DNA of 64,000 nt from a virus (IMGVR_UViG_3300038345_000103:1-64000); one strand, 5' to 3'. Shown: positions 38,511-47,435, counted from the stretch's first letter. Made by a program: numbers and translations. The notes: generated by a model not told the origin, from the letters alone.

Positions 38511-39531
38511 TGGCGTAGAGCTTTATTCTATATCTAAATTAGATAATATTAATAACTGCTTATATGCGTCATATCTTACTTATCGCAAGGGGATTAAGGG
38601 TAGTAATAATATCTATGCTATCACGGGAACCAAGATGCATGAGGTGCTTGAGTCTATTGCTAAAGGTGAAGCTACCGAAAAAGACCTTATGCCGGCGATG
38701 GAAACAGAGTTGCTTAACGTAGAACTGTTTGGATTTAAATTCCCTACCGAACAAATTCGTGACGGCTGGATACAGGATATGACGCACTTTTGTAATCATT
38801 ACAAGATGCCTGAGGGCATCTATGACACAGAGCAGTTATTTTTATATAAAACCGATGATGGTCATTATCTTAGGGGCTATATAGACCTTATCGACCATCA
38901 CTTTGATGGTACGATTGATATTTATGACCATAAGTCCTCAAGTATGTATTCAAGTAAAGCTATTGAAGAACATGCACGGCAACTACTTGTTTACATGCTT
39001 GCTAAACAACAGGAGGGCTTTAAGGTCAATAAGGTTGCGTGGCACTTCATGAAGTACGTAAATGCCACTTATAAGAACAAGAAAGGACAATTGACCACCA
39101 AGATAATAGAACGGCGTAAAATAGGCTCAGAATTGCTTAAATACGTATCTGAGAAAATCGACATGAATAACCTTGGTAGTGACCTTATATTGAATGAGTT
39201 TGTCAAAACGAATGATATTAATGTCCTGCCGAAAGAAGTCCGTAAGGAGTTTACTATTGAGCCGTGCCTTGTTGAGTTTGAGGTAACACAGGAAGCAATT
39301 GATGAATGTAAGAAATATATAGCGGACACAATTGCTAAATGGGAATCGCTGAAAGATAAGGATGAAGCAGCGTATCCTCCGCGTTCATTCACTACAACAC
39401 AAAAGAATGGCAAGGTTGTAGACGATAGTTTCTTTTGTAGTCAACTTTGTGGTCACTTTCAGCGTTGCCAATACATACATGATTACCTGTTAACAGTAAA
39501 TAATCAAAAAGAAGCAGATGACTTATTTTAG
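38467..39531 (+). CDS. PD-(D/E)XK (RecB/Cas4-like) exonuclease
   Basis: SISKL..C, GTKMHEVLE, GYIDLI, IYDHKSS, QLLVY and C-terminal C..C..C. Confidence 0.85.
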   Translation: MNRDNNEQIQQLQNSGVELYSISKLDNINNCLYASYLTYRKGIKGSNNIYAITGTKMHEVLESIAKGEATEKDLMPAMETELLNVELFGFKFPTEQIRDGWIQDMTHFCNHYKMPEGIYDTEQLFLYKTDDGHYLRGYIDLIDHHFDGTIDIYDHKSSSMYSSKAIEEHARQLLVYMLAKQQEGFKVNKVAWHFMKYVNATYKNKKGQLTTKIIERRKIGSELLKYVSEKIDMNNLGSDLILNEFVKTNDINVLPKEVRKEFTIEPCLVEFEVTQEAIDECKKYIADTIAKWESLKDKDEAAYPPRSFTTTQKNGKVVDDSFFCSQLCGHFQRCQYIHDYLLTVNNQKEADDLF

Positions 39532-39539
39532 GAGGGCTT

Positions 39540-40709
39540 ATGGGAACTAATAATTATGTACCATATCATGTCCATACATATTATTCTCTACTAGACTCCT
39601 GTACATCTCCTGAAGATTATTGCAAACGGGCAGCCGAAGAGGGTATGAAAGCCATTTGCTTTTCCGAACATGGGAATATCTATAATTGGATGAGTAAGTG
39701 GAAACTATGCAAACAATATGGGCTTAAATATCTACATGGTATTGAGTGTTATATCACGGCGTCGCATGTCCCAAAGGTCAGGGATAATATGCATACCATT
39801 CTGATAGCAAAGAACATGGAAGGCTTTAAAGAAATCAACCGGCTGTACTTTTTATCAAACCAGCCTGACCACTTTTATTATAAGCCAAGGTTATCTATTG
39901 AGGAGTTTCTGAATATCAGTGATAACGTTATTAAAATATCAGCCTGTATTCAGTCGCCGCTATGGAAGCTCCATAAAGATTTAGATATTATGGACAAACT
40001 GCTTAAGCATTATGATTATTATGAGATACAGTATCATGATTTTGAGGATAATAAGGACTTCACTACATTGCTCTGTTATTATTCAGTTCAATATCATAAG
40101 CCGCTTATTGTCGGTACAGATACACACAGCATTGATGATTATAAGGCTGAATGCAGAACAATGCTACAGTATGGTAAGACCGAGGGTGACTGGGGAGCTT
40201 CTGAAAACTCCTGCGACCTGACCTTCAAAACATACGACCAACTTGTTGAAGCGTTTATGAAACAAGGTTTTCTACCTAAAGAAACGATTCTTGAAGCTAT
40301 TGAGAATACAAATGTGATGGCTGATAGCTGCGAAGTATTGGAGTTTGATACACATGACAAGTACCCGTATTTATATGGTGACAAAGATGAAGAAGTTATG
40401 TGGGAGACCATTAATCGCAACTACAAACAAAAGATTGACGCCGGTATTATCCCTGATGACAAGGCTTATTTAGACCAAATCAATGAGGAGATGGCAGTAT
40501 TCAAGAAGGTCAATATGGTCGGCTTTATGTTGTTTATGTCTGAAATGATGACGTGGGCACGAACAAATCATATTGCAACGGGATTCTCAAGAGGTTCAGT
40601 ATCAGGTTCTGTGGTAGCGTTTGTTACAAACATCACTGATGTTGACCCGATTAAATGGCATACGATATTTTCTCGATTCTGTAATGAACACAGGGTCGAA
40701 GCTGGAGAT
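39540..40709 (+). CDS. dnaE: DNA polymerase III alpha (DnaE-like), exon 1: PHP domain and start of the catalytic domain
   Basis: HVH..SLLD, SEHG, GIE, GTDTH, RGSVSGS, FSRF...GD ending at the intron junction. Confidence 0.95.
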
Positions 40710-41551
40710 TAACAATGTGTCATAGTCTCCCTACATGGTGACATGTAGTAAAAAAGTCTGTGAACCTATAAGTATGTAGGGTGTCAAGATGACAATTAAG
40801 GAACTGTAGGAAATGACAGCTAGCATCTTGGCTAACAGGGGAAGCCTGAAAAGGTAATCCTGTGGTAAGTTAGATAAGTTATGAAAGGACAGCACGATGG
40901 GATTTGAAGAGATTCGGGAACGATGGCATGTTATTGATGGATTTGAGAACTACGCCGTAACTGAGAGCGGTAAGGTGTATAGTATCAATCCTTATCATCG
41001 TGGCGACAAACTGCGTGAAATCTCAAAGCGTGGGATTTATGATTCCAAACGTTATTTATCTGTTTCTTGTTGCAAGGACAATAAAGAATATTATCTGCAG
41101 ATACATAGACTGGTTGGGAAGTATTTCCTTGACGGTTACTTTGATGGAGCAGAAATTGACCATAAAGACAATGATAAACATAACAACCATTATACAAATC
41201 TTGAATGGGTAACACATCGTGAGAATATGCGTCGTTCATTTATAAGAATGAGTCCGGTGAGGAATTTTAAATTGTGGAGTCTTGTATCTCCTGAGGGTCT
41301 TGTTTCTCCTGCCTTAAAAGGACATGGCGAAATAGTGCAGTATATACAAGTTAATAATTTAGATATTTCAATCTCAATGTTAGAGAAGCACAAAGTTCAT
41401 CACGGATACAAACTCATTAACTTATCTAAAAACTGCAACGACTAATTGTAGGGTACAAGCATGGTGAAAGTCCAAACCCGAAGCGCAGACCTCTCGTTAA
41501 GACGAGATGAAGAGATAGTCTACTTCCCTTATGCGAATAAGAGTATAAAGG
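40710..41551 (+). mobile_element. Group I self-splicing intron in dnaE
   Basis: Exon ends GGAGAU, pairing with the internal guide GUCUCC (U-G wobble); P10 TGTGTCA pairs with 3' exon TGACACA; R motif GCAACGACTA and S motif AAGAGATAGTC; terminal G; removal restores in-frame GD-IDTD. Confidence 0.93.
40897..41445 (+). CDS. Intron-encoded NUMOD4/HNH homing endonuclease
   Basis: IDGFENYAVTESGKVYS, IHRLV, IDHKD.DKHNN..NLEWVT..EN; stop codon overlaps the intron R motif. Confidence 0.92.
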   Translation: MGFEEIRERWHVIDGFENYAVTESGKVYSINPYHRGDKLREISKRGIYDSKRYLSVSCCKDNKEYYLQIHRLVGKYFLDGYFDGAEIDHKDNDKHNNHYTNLEWVTHRENMRRSFIRMSPVRNFKLWSLVSPEGLVSPALKGHGEIVQYIQVNNLDISISMLEKHKVHHGYKLINLSKNCND

Positions 41552-43393
41552 ATTGACACAGATTGGTACGATGATGATAGAGGAAAGATTTATAATTACA
41601 TAACAAACCGATTCGGCACTGAAAAAACGGCTTTTATTCTTTTGTTAGGAACCTTAGCAGATAAGAATACTATTGATACCATTATACGTGGCATACGTAA
41701 GATGAAGCCAAATTGTAAATATACCGATGAGGATGCGGCTTATATTAAAGATTTATTTGGAAAAGATGAACAGGCTGCACGCAAAAAATATGCTGATGTA
41801 TTTTACTATTACGATGGTTTAATCAATACGCCGGTATCGCAATCGCAACATCCTGCAGGTATTGTTGCAAGTCCCATAAATCTAATTGAAGCCTGTGGAA
41901 TGTTTTTAGGAACAGACAAACAACAGATACTTCCACTTGATATGGAAGATTGTCATAGCATGGGTCTTATCAAGTATGATATTCTTGGACTTAAGACTAT
42001 TGGAGTTATTGATAAAATCTGTAAAATGATAGGAAAACACTTTCCTTCAGCACATGAAATCAATTTTGATGACCAAGCGGTTTATGATGATATGAATGAT
42101 AATCCTTCAACGATATTTCAGTTTGAATCTTCTTATGCAGGTGGTTGTTTTAAGAAGATGGGCTGTCATAGCATTGATGATATTACGTTAGTTAATGCGG
42201 CTTTACGTCCGGGCGGAGCATCGTATCGTGATAGATTGTTTAATCATGAAATCAATGATAATGGGTCTAAAATTATCAATGATATTTTACAGGAGAGTTA
42301 TGGATTTTTGTGCTATCAGGAGGAAATTACGGCTTTCCTGCAATACGTTTGCGGGTTCAGCGGTTCCGATGCAGACTCAATAAGACGTGCCATAGGTAAA
42401 AAGGACGCAGCGAAGATAGAAAAGGCTCTTCCTCAAATCCTTGAAGGCTATTGTTCTAAATCAGATAAACCACGAGAAGTTGCAGAACAAGAAGCAAAGA
42501 ACTTTTTAAAAGTTATTGAAGATGCTAGCGAATATATGTTCAATAAAAATCATGCTGTTGGTTATAGCTTATTGTCATATCTTTGCGGTTATTATCGACA
42601 CTATTATCCTGTTGAATATTGTACTGCTTATATCTTATGTGCTAAAAATCAAGATGACTTTTTAGCCGGCAGAGCGTTGGCTAATTATATGAACATCAAA
42701 ATTATGGATATTCAGTTCCGTTATGCTTCATGGGATTATCGTCCTGACGCTAAGAATCGGACTATCTACAAGGGATTGCTTGGCGTTAAGTACATGAATA
42801 AAAAAGCGGCTGAAGCATTATACTCATTAAGGAATGTTCAATTTGAAGATTTTGTTGACCTATTGTTCCAAGCTCAACAGAAGAAAGTTGATGCAAGACA
42901 GTTAAGCATCTTGATTCAATTGAATTTCTTTAAGGAGTTTGGCGGTATCAGTTACCTGTTAAAAATACTGGAAGTTTATAAGAAGTATAAGGATAGGAAA
43001 CAGGCTGCTACAATCATACGTAATGAGATACAAAACTTTAGGTCACGACAAGCTACTGATATTGAAGCAATCGAATATGAGTTCGATGCTATAGGAACAT
43101 TAAGCCGTGTTTGTCCTGAAATGCCTAAGAGTTATTACTTTATCGTTGGTAAAAAGGGCAGAGCAGGACAGCTATATCAGATGCCGACTGGAAAAATTTA
43201 CAATATCAAATTCACTAAGAAAGAATTGTTTGATGTGGGTATGCTGATTAAAGTTACCTCTGTTAAACAGGATAAACGATGGTATAAAGATGAGAATGGC
43301 AAGTGGCAACAAAGAAAAGGTGAAAATGAAAATGAATTTGAACCTGTCATTCATGAATTTTCCGTACTAAACGGCAAACAAGACGAAAATTAA
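41552..43393 (+). CDS. dnaE: DNA polymerase III alpha (DnaE-like), exon 2; spliced product about 1003 aa
   Basis: Begins IDTDW in the same frame as ORF 41642; QHPAG, KYDILGL, IFQFES, RPG, YQE and FNKNHAVGY motifs. Confidence 0.95.
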   Translation: MDTDWYDDDRGKIYNYITNRFGTEKTAFILLLGTLADKNTIDTIIRGIRKMKPNCKYTDEDAAYIKDLFGKDEQAARKKYADVFYYYDGLINTPVSQSQHPAGIVASPINLIEACGMFLGTDKQQILPLDMEDCHSMGLIKYDILGLKTIGVIDKICKMIGKHFPSAHEINFDDQAVYDDMNDNPSTIFQFESSYAGGCFKKMGCHSIDDITLVNAALRPGGASYRDRLFNHEINDNGSKIINDILQESYGFLCYQEEITAFLQYVCGFSGSDADSIRRAIGKKDAAKIEKALPQILEGYCSKSDKPREVAEQEAKNFLKVIEDASEYMFNKNHAVGYSLLSYLCGYYRHYYPVEYCTAYILCAKNQDDFLAGRALANYMNIKIMDIQFRYASWDYRPDAKNRTIYKGLLGVKYMNKKAAEALYSLRNVQFEDFVDLLFQAQQKKVDARQLSILIQLNFFKEFGGISYLLKILEVYKKYKDRKQAATIIRNEIQNFRSRQATDIEAIEYEFDAIGTLSRVCPEMPKSYYFIVGKKGRAGQLYQMPTGKIYNIKFTKKELFDVGMLIKVTSVKQDKRWYKDENGKWQQRKGENENEFEPVIHEFSVLNGKQDEN

Positions 43394-43395
43394 GA

Positions 43396-43425
43396 TTGAC
43401 AAATCGTATTGTCCTATGTTATATT
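43396..43425 (+). promoter_or_regulatory. Sigma70-type promoter
   Basis: TTGACA-18bp-TATATT preceded by TGn, right after the dnaE stop. Confidence 0.6.
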
Positions 43426-43449
43426 TAAAATGCGTAGGACATATGGCAG

Positions 43450-43523
43450 TGGAAGTGCCCGTCTTTCTCCTTTATATCGAACAGGCACGAATTAAGACAG
43501 AACCCATTTCACGGGCACTTCCA
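43450..43523 (+). ncRNA. Candidate small RNA or structured leader
   Basis: Perfect 13-bp inverted repeat TGGAAGTGCCCGT/ACGGGCACTTCCA closing a 48-nt loop; just downstream of a promoter. Confidence 0.5.
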
Positions 43524-43540
43524 ATTTGAATGGAGGTCAT

Positions 43541-43813
43541 ATGCAAATCGGAGATACATGTTATTTCTGCAACGTGGTTCCACAATGCGGAATATATGAA
43601 TGTGAAGAACTAAAGATAAGAACGGTTACCGATAGATATTATGTCGGTGTCAACATTAAAACAAAACAAGCCACTGTATTTACTGAAGATATGATTGATA
43701 CATATGTATTTGTTCATCGGATAGATGCAGTGCAAGCACTAAGAGATTACGAGGAGAAAAAGAATGGACGTGGAAGTATCACCCAAGTACAAGGGCAAGA
43801 ACCCGAAGTCTAA
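43541..43813 (+). CDS. Hypothetical protein
   Basis: GGAGG RBS before ATG 43541. Confidence 0.7.
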   Translation: MQIGDTCYFCNVVPQCGIYECEELKIRTVTDRYYVGVNIKTKQATVFTEDMIDTYVFVHRIDAVQALRDYEEKKNGRGSITQVQGQEPEV

Positions 43814-44042
43814 AAATGAACTGGCAATGACACCTTCGCAATACAAGGTTACAGAGTTCATTGAAATGATGACTGCAAAACTAACCGGAGCCGAAGCTAT
43901 AAATACTGCAAACGCACTACAGTGTTTATGCGATTGGACTCAGAACGGCGGATATAAATCATTAGCGAAGAGTAGATGGTATATCAATAGATTGATTAAA
44001 CATCTACAGACACAAAAGGATGACAAGGAGACAAAAGAATAA
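43764..44042 (+). CDS. Degenerate DUF3310-like protein
   Basis: GAEA..AN.L..L..W..GG..SL.K..WYI.RLI resembles DUF3310; the HY and KY residues are missing. Confidence 0.5.
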   Translation: MDVEVSPKYKGKNPKSKNELAMTPSQYKVTEFIEMMTAKLTGAEAINTANALQCLCDWTQNGGYKSLAKSRWYINRLIKHLQTQKDDKETKE

Positions 44043-44045
44043 GAC

Positions 44046-44125
44046 AAAAACGACAGAAACAACATAGGGCGGACAACTTAAGGTCAAGAACATCGAAGGA
44101 TATTATGTTAGTATCTGTCGTTTTT
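44046..44125 (+). other. Intergenic long stem-loop (sRNA or bidirectional terminator)
   Basis: AAAAACGACAGA/TCTGTCGTTTTT 12-bp inverted repeat plus inner AACATA/TATGTT. Confidence 0.5.
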
Positions 44126-44144
44126 TATACCCTCAGGAGGATAC

Positions 44145-44327
44145 ATGATGTGTCTTAATAATGGCGATTGTGCAACGTGTTCTAATGCTGTTGCAATTAT
44201 TAAATATTCATGCGGTGGCGATGATACAAAATGCGATTATCGATGTGGAGCCTGTAAAGACCATATTGAGATTGTAGTTCAATATATCTGCAAGGATAAT
44301 TTAAAAACAAAGAGGAAAAAGAAATGA
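44145..44327 (+). CDS. Small Cys-rich protein
   Basis: AGGAGG RBS; 8 Cys in 60 aa. Confidence 0.65.
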   Translation: MMCLNNGDCATCSNAVAIIKYSCGGDDTKCDYRCGACKDHIEIVVQYICKDNLKTKRKKK

Positions 44328-44509
44328 TAACTTGTGATGAAAATTGCAGTACATGTCTTTATGCTGACTCTAAGTATGAATATGTATGCACCGCTATTCC
44401 TAAAGGGCAAGCAACCTGTGGAACAACCTGTGAATATTGTACTTATGGAACACGTAGAATCAAAGAATACTATTGCAAATTAAAACATACTATAATAAGG
44501 GTGAGATAA
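44324..44509 (+). CDS. Small Cys-rich protein, likely paralog of 44145-44327
   Basis: ATGA overlap; similar C..C..C and C..C..C...Y.CK spacing. Confidence 0.65.
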   Translation: MITCDENCSTCLYADSKYEYVCTAIPKGQATCGTTCEYCTYGTRRIKEYYCKLKHTIIRVR

Positions 44510-44697
44510 TGTACGAAGCGGCTTATAAACATATATACAGTACTTTTGTTCAGCGATTAATCACTACATCAAAAAGCAATGAATGGAAGCAGGGCGTGAA
44601 TGAGGTATTGACCGAGATGGAAAAAGTAATACCCGAAATAAAAGTAATCAGAGAAGACCTTGAAACATGGACGGAGGATTTAAAACATGGAAATTAA
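44509..44697 (+). CDS. Hypothetical protein
   Basis: ATG 44509 overlaps the upstream stop. Confidence 0.55.
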   Translation: MYEAAYKHIYSTFVQRLITTSKSNEWKQGVNEVLTEMEKVIPEIKVIREDLETWTEDLKHGN

Positions 44698-45265
44698 AGA
44701 TAGTGGAGACAGAAGAGAGTTTGCCGGCGGAGGTGTTCGTGATATGGCAGAGGGCAAGGGCGCCTGTCATTTACTGCCATTAGATATTGTTGCCGGTGTC
44801 TATGAATATGTTGATAAAACAGGAAAAGATAATATTATATTTAACCCTGCTAAGGTTTTAAATAATATCAATGAGTTTATTAGACGTGGATGCACTAAGG
44901 GTATTTATGATAACATCGCAGCTTTTGCTTATTGGCATTATCAAACACTTGAAACAGCTATGCTTGAAGTTGCAATTCACTATGAAATGGGAGCAAAAAA
45001 GTATGAACCCCGAAACTGGGAGAGGATTATGGAGACCGATACTTTTGTTGATTCAGCCACAAGACACTTCTTTAAGTTCATGCGTGGGGACGATGACGAA
45101 CCGCATGACAGAGCATTTTTATGGAATCTATTAGGTTTATTATGGACAGTAAAACAACTTGCAAAGAAGGACATCGCCAATGACTTACAAACAGGCTTAT
45201 TTGACACTATACGGCAAAATGCAGCAATGGTTACAGGACAGTCGAAGTCCCGTCTCGAAAAATAA
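44687..45265 (+). CDS. DUF5664 dATP/dGTP diphosphohydrolase-like protein
   Basis: KDSG.RREF.GG.VRD..GKG, HYEMGAKKY..RNWE, DSA.RH..K...D.DEPH. Confidence 0.75.
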   Translation: MEIKDSGDRREFAGGGVRDMAEGKGACHLLPLDIVAGVYEYVDKTGKDNIIFNPAKVLNNINEFIRRGCTKGIYDNIAAFAYWHYQTLETAMLEVAIHYEMGAKKYEPRNWERIMETDTFVDSATRHFFKFMRGDDDEPHDRAFLWNLLGLLWTVKQLAKKDIANDLQTGLFDTIRQNAAMVTGQSKSRLEK

Positions 45266-45345
45266 TTCTTTGAAGCAGGACTACTCATTATCGCGTTGTG
45301 TTAATATGGCACGCATGTTGTTAGGACAAATAGAGGAAGAGACTA

Positions 45346-45678
45346 ATGAATGAAATATTAAATGATTTTATTATGGGCAAACAGGATTTAAAAACCACAG
45401 AAGATATGATTATTCAAACATTAGAGGATATGGCAATACATCTTAAGTCTTGTCCGTTTTGCGGTGGAGATGCAAAACTAATCAAGAAACATGAGTGTAT
45501 AGACATGCAATTCGACGATGACCATGATTATGCACATGTTGAATGCTCCAAGTGCGGCTCAAGAGGTACAAGATTTGAGGCTCGTAATGCAAGGTATCAT
45601 TCAGATACTTGCAAAGCAGAACTCGAAGAAATTAAACATAAAGCTATCGAAGCATGGAATAGGAGAATTACAGCGTGA
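45346..45678 (+). CDS. Lar-family restriction alleviation-like Zn protein
   Basis: LKSCPFCGG.A, VEC..CG and AIEAWNRR motifs. Confidence 0.7.
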   Translation: MNEILNDFIMGKQDLKTTEDMIIQTLEDMAIHLKSCPFCGGDAKLIKKHECIDMQFDDDHDYAHVECSKCGSRGTRFEARNARYHSDTCKAELEEIKHKAIEAWNRRITA

Positions 45679-45935
45679 TTACAGCACAAGAAGCAAATCT
45701 TAAAACACGTAACAAAACAATTATTAAGGAAATAGAGTCTCTAATAGAAACTCTTATTGATAATGGTATTGATAATGGATTATATAACTGTACTTTTAAT
45801 TTTGATTTAGATACTCCCATTGAAATACAAGCCTATATTATTCAAAAGTTACGAGACCTTGGCTATGAAGTATCTACACCAGTTACGCGTACCATAATTA
45901 TTGAATGGTTAATCAGGGAGATGGCAAAAAAATGA
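45675..45935 (+). CDS. Hypothetical protein
   Basis: GTGA overlap; MITAQEA..LRDLGYEV pattern. Confidence 0.65.
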   Translation: MITAQEANLKTRNKTIIKEIESLIETLIDNGIDNGLYNCTFNFDLDTPIEIQAYIIQKLRDLGYEVSTPVTRTIIIEWLIREMAKK

Positions 45936-46204
45936 GAATATTATTTAAAAACAAACATAATGAGTATACTTTAATTGAAACAGATAGTGTAGGAGTATCA
46001 AAAGGTTATTTTTATTTTTCACATGAATATTTAGTTGCCCAAGAAACATCGATTTATACACGTGCAGATTTTCGTTTCAAACTTTCAAGCGATGAAGTTG
46101 GAAAATCTATTTTATATACACTTTTAGATGGGAAATGGCTTAATTTGGAAGATGAGTCGCTTGAAATTTATGATGTTGATAAGCGTGAATATATAGAATA
46201 TTAA
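45932..46204 (+). CDS. Hypothetical protein
   Basis: ATGA overlap at 45932. Confidence 0.6.
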   Translation: MRILFKNKHNEYTLIETDSVGVSKGYFYFSHEYLVAQETSIYTRADFRFKLSSDEVGKSILYTLLDGKWLNLEDESLEIYDVDKREYIEY

Positions 46205-46229
46205 ATATATATTTGAGGAAGGAAATTAG

Positions 46230-46466
46230 ATGCCTATGCAAAGACCTGAAGAAATAGATAAAGCCATAGCAGGATTACAAGACTTTGATACGGTGTCTTG
46301 GTATCAAGATTGGTTTAATGCTGTATACGTTTACATTGAAAACCTTGAAACAAAAGGACAATGCCTTAACGAAATTTTGGAGTATATGAACGACTCTACT
46401 GTAACATGGAGAGATATTAGCGATGATATTATCAACAATATATTAAAAAAATACAATTTCAAATAA
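46230..46466 (+). CDS. Hypothetical protein
   Basis: GAGG/AAGG RBS. Confidence 0.6.
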   Translation: MPMQRPEEIDKAIAGLQDFDTVSWYQDWFNAVYVYIENLETKGQCLNEILEYMNDSTVTWRDISDDIINNILKKYNFK

Positions 46467-46490
46467 TATTAAACTTTTATAGGAGAATAT

Positions 46491-46700
46491 ATGTTGTTTA
46501 GAGAAGATGGAAAGATAATGTTTAAGGCGCATTGTTTAAAAAGTTATGACCGTCCTTTAAAACCATACAAAGAATTTATTGAAGCATCGTCTGAAGAGGA
46601 AGCGGTCAAAGAGTTATTAAAAAAATATATTGCAGTTCCAATTATTAGACCAGAAACACATATTTTTATTGATAGGTGGGAACGTAAAAATGGACAATAG
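46491..46700 (+). CDS. Hypothetical protein
   Basis: AGGAG RBS. Confidence 0.6.
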   Translation: MLFREDGKIMFKAHCLKSYDRPLKPYKEFIEASSEEEAVKELLKKYIAVPIIRPETHIFIDRWERKNGQ

Positions 46701-46977
46701 AGATATTTTAACAAAATATTTTACAGATGATAATATTAAAAACATCTGGGGAACCATGTATGGTGGGAAGGACCCTGAAACTGAATGTATTATCAGTATC
46801 GCTAAAAATGCTTTAGAACTTACTCGTGATGCAGATGAATTTATTTATATTTGGGGATACCCGGGACCCGATGCCAACCTTTATAAGTTCTCAGATTATG
46901 GCATAACATGGGCTTTTACAAGAGAAGAATTGTCTCAATACAAAACTTACGAAGAAAAGCACTATAAGGGAGAATAA
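46690..46977 (+). CDS. Hypothetical protein
   Basis: ATG 46690 overlaps the upstream gene; WGYPGPD..YG.TWA motif. Confidence 0.6.
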   Translation: MDNRDILTKYFTDDNIKNIWGTMYGGKDPETECIISIAKNALELTRDADEFIYIWGYPGPDANLYKFSDYGITWAFTREELSQYKTYEEKHYKGE

Positions 46978-46983
46978 CGACTT

Positions 46984-47055
46984 AGCCCCTTCACCAAATG
47001 GCAAGGTACAGGATTTTGATTCCTGCATGTACTGGTTCGAATCCAGTAGGGGCTG
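46984..47055 (+). tRNA. trnQ: tRNA-Gln(TTG), CCA not encoded
   Basis: Acceptor AGCCCCT/AGGGGCT; D arm ACC/GGT; anticodon arm CAGGA-TTTTGAT-TCCTG; T arm ACTGG-TTCGAAT-CCAGT. Confidence 0.95.
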
Positions 47056-47237
47056 TGCAGATAACTAAGATATTGTTATCTACATCATAGTCAGTGAGAA
47101 ACAGACTATAAACAATTCTCGTCGTTACAACGGCACGAATATATATTGAGAGAGGGTGCTTGTAGATATATATTTTTGGAGAGGTTTCGAGAACCACCGT
47201 TATTCCTCTATAAAAAAAGCGGAACGAGGGGCATCCT

Positions 47238-47415
47238 ATTCAGGTGGTGGAATGGGTAGACACAAATACAAATTCACGAAGATTTCAGCAGTTAACGGTT
47301 GGCGGTCATGCGAGGGTTGAGACTACGTGCCGAAAAAGCGGAACCAGTTGGAGAACATATACTCAAATCGTGAAGAAAAAGACCGTATGTAAGGTTCGAA
47401 TCCTTACCCTGAATA
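47238..47415 (+). ncRNA. tRNA-like RNA with a 124-nt insert in place of the anticodon/variable arms
   Basis: Acceptor ATTCAGG/CCTGAAT; class-II-type D arm GTG-GAATGGGTAGA-CAC; T arm GTAAGG-TTCGAAT-CCTTAC; ATAC/GTAT closes the insert. Confidence 0.7.
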
Positions 47416-47435
47416 TATTTTTAGAGGCGAAGCGT

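Noticed and set aside
39540-43393. dnaE as a pseudogene, a split gene or an intein-containing gene
   Set aside because: The insert has in-frame stops and all the group I hallmarks, and precise removal restores the catalytic motif; no intein Cys/His-Asn termini are present
44687-45265. Z-genome or deazaguanine DNA-modification system
   Set aside because: No PurZ, QueC/D/E, FolE or DpdA-like gene is recognisable in the window
47315-47385. Group I intron R/S-like words (GAGACTA, AAGAAAAAGACC) inside the tRNA-like insert
   Set aside because: The two words cannot form P7 (no TAGTC partner), the insert is too short, and there is no 3' exon anticodon half
47244-47435. 5' part of ORF 47244-47630 as coding
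   Set aside because: It overlaps the tRNA-like RNA; the RBS-supported start is ATG 47436
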